DNA from: Octopus vulgaris
Lineage: Eukaryota
Reading direction: 5' to 3'
DNA length: 64,000 nt
NCBI GenBank assembly: GCA_951406725.2
Contig: OX597823.1
Location: 98,084,001-98,148,000 of the forward strand
Of the stretch, positions 34,871-64,000 are shown piece by piece; position 1 is the first letter of the stretch; every line of letters starts with the position of its first letter. Under the pieces are notes generated by a model. The model made no database searches. It was not told the origin of the DNA and was given only the letters and a program-made list of their open reading frames with translations. The translations under genes and the position numbers were made by a program.

Positions 34871-36087
34871 AAATATAAAGTGGGAAAGAGAGATAATGGA
34901 AGCTGTCAAACATTGTTACAGAGGGAAAGTGGAGGGAAGGGAGGAAAGAGAGATGGAGGGAGAAGGGGTGTTAGCCAAAAGAGAGAAACGGCAAACACTT
35001 GTTAAAGTTTGTTTAAAGATGATGAATTTTGCCCTAGTGGCCACGCTTTTCAATGGAGCAAACTGAAATTTGCCATGCATACTCACCAGCACATTCCCCA
35101 CAGTTGTGCACATTTTCAGCTCAATCTGACCACGTTTACTAACACCTTTGCCTGCACAACTGCAGCTGAGACAACGTCCGTCTTTTCCACAAATATATAA
35201 TTGATTAACAGTTGAATTTCTCTCATAAGACAAAGTAAAATCAATTTTGCCAAATTTCTATGTAGTTACCATTTTTCAAAGAAGTAGACAAGGATTAATA
35301 TTAACATAGACAACAATATAAAAATGGAGAGAAAAGGAAAGAGTACGAAAATGAGTCCCATTTGCATATAAAGATAAAATTTGCCAAGTAATTTCCCTAT
35401 TATTTTTACATAATTAACATTAAGTAAGCAATTAATAATTAACTTGTGCAAAATGTGTTGTGTCAAATATATTTGTGGATATATATTGGTGCTTTCCAAG
35501 TTTCATCAACCAATTATTTATATACTAAATAAACCATTGAACAATTGCTCGATTCCTTCTCTTTTCTTTCTCCATGAGGTAGTGATAACCATTCTGAAAG
35601 CCTGCCAATCATCTGTTTCAGAAATCTATTGGTTTATTTACTAATCCTTTAGTATATAAAAAAAAAATTTGTCAATATCAGTAAAGTACCGATATAGTTT
35701 TGTAATAACCTCTATAGGTGTTTGAAAGTTACAGTGCAGCTTAAATGAACTTAGTGACTAGATTAGCATAAAATGACATATTTGAGAAATCTGAATAGAA
35801 TAAGTGTAAAGTAAATATATTGAACTGGAATCTTAACATTCTTGAGTTCAGTCTTTGTGCAAAGAACCAGTATATCACATCCAGTCTGTCTCACTGACTT
35901 CATTAATGAATGGTAAACGAACCATTTGGAAAATTACTTCAACAATTCCTGTCTTTCATTGCAGTAGTATTTAATATACAATTAGCATGGGATACTGGAC
36001 AAAGATTTGTTAAAGATGTAATCTTTTATGTTATTATGAAAAAAGAATACAAACATAATTGAGGTGAGACAATCATTTAAGAACATG

Positions 36088-36452
36088 GGCACAGATGTGG
36101 TTGTGTGGTTAAGAAACTTGGTCTGCAACCACATAGTTTTGGGTTCAGTCTTACTGCACAGCATCTTAGACAAGTTGAACAATGCCTTGCAAGTGAATTT
36201 TGGTAAACAAAAACTGTGGAGGCCTTTTTCTCTCTCTCACACACACACACACACGTGTCTGTTCAGGACCCTACTGCTTGTGAACCAGTGTTGATTTGCT
36301 TACGTCTCTGTACCTTGGCCAGTTTGATAAAAGACTAATAAAATACAAACCAGGCTTAAAGAAAATTAGTATTGAAGTCAATTTGTTCAACTAAAACCCT
36401 TCAAAGCAGTGCCCCAGCATGGGCACAGTCCAGTGACTGACACAAGTAAAAC
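36088..36452 (+). mobile_element. tRNA-derived SINE, family B
   Basis: GGCACAGATGTGGTTGTGTGGTTAAG...GGTTCAGTC head; 3' end CCCCAGCATGGGCACAGTC...AAGTAAAA. Confidence 0.7.
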
Positions 36453-37013
36453 ATAGCCAATTGCCAGTTGTAAAAGGCTATTCCTTTGTTTTATTTTATT
36501 TTGTGTGTTGCAGAGATACACAACATGCTCTTAGGTTACTGGAATCGTATATTTCCCCACAAATATTCAGTGTCTGGTCAAAATAATTTCAGCAATAAAT
36601 GCAATGGAATAGTGCAGCATAAATCTCATCAGTTTCAGGTGAACACAGCTTTATTTTAAAGTTTTAATGTAGCTGAATGCTATGTGCCATCAAATATAAT
36701 GACTGTTCCTCGACACTACCTCATATCACAGATTTCCTAGACTCTGTGCTCTTGCTTTCATTTCCCCACATATTGATAATAGTAGCATCAGTAAAAGATA
36801 CTTCTTAGAAATATTTAGGATGGGATTTGAAATTCTAGCACACACAGTCATACCTTGCCATATCGTGGTTCAGCTGTCGTGGTTTCTTATTTAAGCTTAC
36901 GTCAATTCCTCTGTGATGTTGCTTTGCATTTATAATAAAATAAATATATACAAATTAAATATTAAAAAAAATACAGTACAGTTCTATTTCTACTTTGCGA
37001 ATTTTCACCTATT

Positions 37014-37164
37014 GGCGTAGGAGTGACTGTGGTAAGTAGCTTGCTCACCAACCACATGGTTCCGGGTTCTGTCCCACTGCGTGAAGTGTCTTCTGCTATA
37101 GCCTCAGGCCGACCAAAGCCTTGTGATTTGGTAGACGGAAACTGAAAGAAGCCCGTCGTATATA

Positions 37165-37200
<36 letters not shown>
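37014..37200 (+). mobile_element. tRNA-derived SINE, family B, 5' half
   Basis: GGCGTAGGAGTGACTGTGGTAAGTAGCTTGC...CCACATGGTTCCGGGTTC..., ending in (GT)n(TA)n. Confidence 0.8.
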
Positions 37201-38376
37201 CTAGCTGAAGGTGACCCGCTCTACGTGCGGGTAAGAGTGTGGTTGTTACTTTCTGTTGCTTCCTTTCAGCACGTAAAAAGCACCATCCGAACGTGGCGGA
37301 TTGCAGCGCCACCTTGACTGGCTCCTGTGCCGGTGGCACGTAAAAAGCACCAACCGATCGTGGACGCTCCCAGCCACCCTGGCACCTGTGCCGGCGGCAC
37401 GAAAAAAGCACCCACTACGCTCACAGAGTGGTTGGCGTTAGGAAGGGCATCCACCTGTAGAAACACTGCCAGATCAGACTGGAGCCTGGTGCAGCCTCCT
37501 GGCTTCCCAGACCCCTGTCCAACCCGTGCTAGCACGGAAAACGGACGTTAAACGATGATGATGATTCTCCCTCTTTGTTTCTCTCTCCTTTCTCTCTCAC
37601 TTTCCCCACTCTCTTACTCTTCCTTTCTCTCGGACTATCCCTCGCTTTCTCTTACTCTCTATCTTTATCTATCTCTCTCCCATTTATAAACAACAAAAGA
37701 TCTTGAGTAAGTTGAGAAATAAAATATTTAGAAAGATCAATCATAAATATCAGGCAGTAACAACGGAAAGGTCTGCTTCAAGGCAGACAGCAAAACACTA
37801 ACATTTAAAAGGGACAGACGAACTTGCAAGCTGAATAAAAATAATAAAATATTGGAAACCAAAGTTTGAAGGGATAGAATGTGAGGATAGTAGAGTCACC
37901 ATGGCTGGCATTTCTTAACGACGGACAGCAACGTATTGACAGTTCAACGGCTGGCGTAAAATTTTGAACTTGATGTAAAAGAAAAACCCTAAACACCAAG
38001 TTTTGAGGTGATTCTTTCTCACGACAGTAGACTCACCATGGCAAGCATTCAAAACTTCTTCATCATGGACGGCAACACATTGACGATTAAAAGGCTGGCG
38101 CAAATTTTTTAGCTTGATGTAACAGAGAATTCCTAAACACCCGCTCCTTTAAATTTTAATCCCCTTCCAGCCCCATTTAGACCCCTTTTCACATTTTGGT
38201 TAATATAACCCGATTTCATTCGGGTGTACTGGGGCCACATTTTATAAGATGAGGAATTTTGTCCTAGAGGTCACGCCTTTCATTTGAGGAAAAAAAATAG
38301 TTGTCATGCAAACTTGCCAGCACTTTTAACAGGTGTGTGCATATTTTCAGCTGAACCGACCGACTACATAATGCAC

Positions 38377-38410
<34 letters not shown>
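37201..38410 (-). mobile_element. Composite Helitron-like element with nested SINE
   Basis: CTAG at 37201 plus hairpin ACCCGC-TCTACGT-GCGGGT; internal duplication of about 130 bp (37880-38140); family H2 core at 38200-38380. Confidence 0.6.
37268..37565 (+). mobile_element. SINE family C nested in the Helitron-like element
   Basis: GCACGTAAAAAGCACC units, AGGAAGGGCATCC and a (GAT)n tail. Confidence 0.85.
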
Positions 38411-38421
<11 letters not shown>

Positions 38422-39039
38422 GTGTGTGTGTGTGTGTTGGAGTCTCTCTCATACGTGAGCGTGGACGCTGAATTCAACTGGTAAGCAGGTAGGTAACCTT
38501 GTGTTTGTTCAAATCTTGGGGTTAGTAACCCACGTTCTTAACCACTTCCCCACCCTACAGCACATCAGTAACACTTCTCTTTCCTTCTTTTCTCTTGCTC
38601 TTTGCCTCTCCCTCAGTGTATTATTATACTCCTCTCTTCTTTCTCCTGTACCTACATTTCCCCCTCTCACTTTCACTCTACATCTCACTCATTCCACCTC
38701 TTTAACAAACTAAAGTGTAACAGGCAAACAAACAAGCAGATTATTATTATTATTATTATATCATCATCATATGAAAGTTTAGACATAAGCAGTATTGTTG
38801 TTGTCAGTTCTCTTATTAACAAATCATCTTTTTGAATTGTGTTTACAAAGCCACGAGGAATAAGAGATCTTTCACTTGAAAAATAGGGGTTGATACGAGG
38901 AAGAGCATTTGACCGTAAAACAAAGCTTCAATGACATTTGTCTAACCAATGCATGCAAATATATATGTAATAAATAAATACATGTGTAGAGTGACCCGGT
39001 GTTCTTGAGGAGACCTATTGAGTCAAGTACGTTAACACC

Positions 39040-39400
39040 AACATCAAAATGAAAACCAAATGGAAATTGCAGTTAAGATACCTGTGCCGGTGACACGTTA
39101 AAAGCACCGTCCGAACATGGCAGATGCCAGTGCTGCCTGACTGGCATCCGTGTCAGTGACACGTAAAAGCACCAACCAATCGTGGCCGTTTGCCAGCCTC
39201 CTCTGGCTCCTGTGCCGGTGGCATGTAAAAAGCACCCACTACACTCATGGAGTGGTTGGCGTTAGGAAGGGCATCCAGCTGTAGAAACACTTCCAGATCA
39301 GACTGGAGTCTGGTGCAGCCTCCTGGCTTCCCAGATCCCGTCGAACCGTCCAACCCATGCTAGCATGGAAAACGGACGTTAAACGATGATGATCATGATG
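39040..39400 (+). mobile_element. SINE family C
   Basis: Same motifs and (GAT)n tail as the copy at 31320. Confidence 0.85.
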
Positions 39401-39424
39401 TATATATATATATATATGCATATA

Positions 39425-40760
39425 TCGTCATCATCATAATCATCGCTTAATGTCTGCCTTCCATGTTGGATTGGATAGAATGGTTTGACAGGAGCTGGCC
39501 AAGTAGAAGCCTGCACCAGGTTTCTGTGACTGTTTTGGCAGGATTTTTTTTACAGCTGGATTCCCTTCCTAGCACCAACCACTCTGTGGATTGGACTTAG
39601 TCCTTTTTATGTGGAGCAAGCAAGGTTTTTACTGCTGGATGCCCGTCCAAATACCAATCACTTTACAGTGTAGACTGGATACATTTCAAGTGGTTCCTGC
39701 ACTGACAGGGTCCAAATAACCTTCAAGACAAAAGTCTTTTGAGGAGAGGGGGGGGGGGGTTGGAGGAGGCGATCTTGTGTCAGATGATAAAAGGTGATAA
39801 GTGAAACAGAGAGATGGAAACAGGTGTAGAGGAGGTACGGGGTTACCTGGCTGGAGAGCGGGAGATCAGGAATGAGGACAGAGACGGGTGTGCTGCTGCA
39901 AAGGAGATACATGGTTACCTGAGCTGAGTGAAGTGCAGGAGAAGGGGGGAGTGGGAGACATCAGGATAGAGATGGTGGCAAAGTACCAGGCATACGCACA
40001 AGTGACAGGGATCAGAATATAAATGGGATTGTCGAGTAAAAGCAGGGAGTGATGATGGTGGCAAGTACCAAGACATACCCTTGAGGTTTGAAGGTCATAA
40101 TATAAGTGGCAGGATATTACTAAAGAAGCATGATTGGAGAGTGGGGAGGAGAAGTGAGTGGTGAAAACCTGTGTATATAGACTGGGTGGGGGACTACCTG
40201 ATAGCAATGATACAGAGAAACAGGATTGGGGAGTGAGAGGTAGGCATAGTGCATGAATGAGGAAGAGAAGAAATGTAGATTGGTTTGTTCAGTTTTCTTG
40301 TTATCTGTGGGTAGAACACACAGATTGGGAGCTAGCAGACACAGTGAGACAGGGCCAAAAGGACAAAATTGGGGAGTGGAAGGTAAAACATAGAGCAGTG
40401 GAAATGTGAAGAAAGAGATGTAGTTTGGTTTGCTGTGGTAGGGTGTGGGTGGGACACAGCAATTCTAGAACTCAGTTTTGCTGACATGGACGGGTCTTCT
40501 CAAGAACCTCATATCGCCAGACACCTTGGTCCATTGTCATTTCCTCCATGGAGCCCAACATCTTGAGATCAGTCCTTACCACTTCATCCCATGTCTTCCT
40601 GGGTCTCCCTCTTCTGTGAGTACCGTCCACTTTCAGTGATAGGCACTTTATGCAGCTGTCCTCATTCATACGCATCACATGTCCAAACCAATGTAGCCTT
40701 CTCTCTTGTATGCTACATTTCATTCCTCTTATGCCCAACTTTTCTCTCAATAGATTTGCA
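39425..40760 (-). mobile_element. RTE-clade LINE 3' end: ORF2 C-terminus plus about 1 kb of putative 3' UTR
   Basis: IQERRLHWFGHVMRM...RRGRPRKTWDEVVRTDL (40472-40760), then a pyrimidine-rich tract and a family C-like tail ending in (GAT)n. Confidence 0.8.
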
Positions 40761-41541
40761 TCGAGAATTCTTCGTTGTTTTTGTTGAATCAATCTTGGCT
40801 CTTCCTTTTCGCCTACACAAAAAGCATAATATATGAATATATGAGTCTGTGTGTACATTCATACATGTGTATAAGTGTACGATAAAGATTACCTTAGAAC
40901 CATTTCAAAAACTGCATTGAATTGCAACAAATGGAGGTTTAACCGATAAAGCAATGGGATTTGCTCTTACATAGCATGGACTGCTGAGCACATTTTATGA
41001 AAATGAGACTACCATGCATACACAAAAAGCAAAAAATAGTCAAAATATCTTCTTAGTATATAATGGTGGCAAGTTTTACATCATCTGAAAAGTCATTGCC
41101 TTATGGTGGTGTATAGGAGCGTTTGAATGACATTAGACCCCTAAGAAACGCTCATAAATTAGATGCATCTATCTGGGCCAAGATCGTGGCCTGGCGAAAC
41201 CTGTGCCAGACTGTCACAATTGTGCCTGGTCGTGCTTTATGTGTTAACATGATATAAAGCAAAAAAAAAAAAAAAAAAAAATTATGAATTGGGTCACCTG
41301 GATCAATTCATAATTGACAGCAAAGAGTTGAACTACTGACAGCTACTTGGTATAACAAGTTTCATAAGAGACATTGGTATCAGAGCTAAAATAAAAGTAA
41401 AAATGATTTAGACTCTCATACGTCGGAATCGACGAGAGAAAGTACAAGTGGAACAGTGTAGTCGACTTACCCCAACCCCTCTAAGATTGCTGGAATCGTA
41501 CCAAAATTTGAAAGCATTATATCTCAACATTAAAGCAAATG

Positions 41542-41837
41542 AGTACTACTAGCGAACAGTGGTCCCGGTGCGCGCACTCGCGCATCCGCGCTAGCTAGTA
41601 AGTAGTCGACCCTACAACGACTTTTTAACCCTAACCCTGACCCTTACCCTAACCTTTGTTTATAAAAATAATTTATTTACTTAGTTTATTTACTTTGTTC
41701 GAAAAATATTATTTAATTTTCTTTGATATGTATTCAGCCTTGAAATAGAAACATACGCACAAGTCGTTGTAGGATCGACTACTTACGACTAGCTAGCGCG
41801 AGTGCGCGCACCGGGACCACTGTTCGCTAGTAGTACC
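41542..41837. mobile_element. Mutator-like (MULE) MITE with internal telomere-like repeats
   Basis: TIRs of about 75-80 bp starting (A/G)GTACTACTAGCGAACAGTGGTCCCGGTGCGCGCACTCGCG; 9-bp TSD AAGCAAATG at 41533-41541 and 41838-41846; TAACCCTAACCCTGACCCTTACCCTAACC inside. Confidence 0.88.
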
Positions 41838-42599
41838 AAGCAAATGATTTATATATACATATTCTATACATATCAGCTATTTGGTGTAATGTTATAACTA
41901 ATCAACACATTATTCGTATCTAACAATCTTGTTTATGATTGACAATGTTTTACGGAATTGTTACAATAAATTTTGGATCTTTTCACTTTAATCGGCAGAT
42001 TTTTAAAATATTTTCTATGTAACTAAAAAATTTTAAACTTCGCATACTGGTAAAGTGAAAAGATCCTAAATTTTACTAAAGATATAATCTGGGTGTAAAA
42101 ATAAACGCTTCTAAGCAAGTAGTTATGTGAATAAAGCAAAAACATTGATATATTGTAAAAAAAAAAAAGTACTGAACTATATAAGCTTTATTTTCAGTTT
42201 ATTGTTGTTGACGATGATGACGACAATTAAATATTAGATCATAGACTATTACCATTTAATTTTAAAATTTTGACTATTATTTAACAATAATAAAAATAAA
42301 GTTTAGGTAAATGTAACCAATTTCTTAAAATGTTAAATATTTTGGTTGCATAGAAAATTAAAAAATTACGTAATTCAGCACGGTACATTTCCGGGAAGAT
42401 GATGCAAAAACATTTAATAACTTACAAAATTAAATTATTTTTTTCACTAGAAATAATATCACAAAAATAATTAAATGTCATTAAAGCATTGAATTAGTTT
42501 TTTAATAATTTATAGTTTTATTAAACTATTTAATAGCTGGTACGGTGAAAATCGGAAAAAGCCGTGGAAATGAATGTGTGAACCCCTAATTAGAATAAG

Positions 42600-42663
42600 T
42601 ATATAAGGCGACGAAGCGCTCCGTTCAGTCAAGCTGCAGAGGAGTGGAAGGTTGCGCCATTTT
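42600..42663 (+). promoter_or_regulatory. Putative RPB1 core promoter: TATA box, initiator, YY1-like site
   Basis: TATATAAG at 42600-42607, TCAGTC at 42625-42630 and CGCCATTTT at 42655-42663, just before the ATG at 42675. Confidence 0.65.
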
Positions 42664-42674
42664 AGCTGCTCATT

Positions 42675-64000
<21,326 letters not shown>

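Noticed and set aside
41627-41655. True telomere or chromosome fusion site
   Set aside because: Only about five degenerate units, enclosed within a MITE that has a TSD.

Overview
AT-rich animal genomic DNA. The SINE complement, huge (TA)n arrays and intron-rich genes suggest a cephalopod such as Octopus (inference). Two spliced protein-coding genes lie on the + strand. One is the 3' part of DNAJC1/MTJ1 (7 exons, 21084-31008; the J-domain exons are not visible). The other is RPB1/POLR2A (19 exons from the ATG at 42675 to the window edge), with a TATA/Inr/YY1-like core promoter and one GC-AG intron. Everything before the 100-N gap (17840-17939) is a giant fold-back: about 9372-16640 is a reverse-complement copy of about 9211-225 that decays progressively and with a deletion bias. 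This is most likely a long-read assembly artefact. At the hinge sits an unusual, apparently young CR1-group LINE 5' region: an AT-rich tandem array, a trihelix Myb/SANT-like ORF, a CCCH zinc finger and an APE endonuclease. The rest is dense repeat content: several SINE families, RTE, Tx1 and CR1 LINE remnants, Helitron-like elements, Tc1/pogo-, piggyBac- and Mutator-type MITEs, and hammerhead-like motifs. Exon coordinates were read base by base; most repeat boundaries are approximate.
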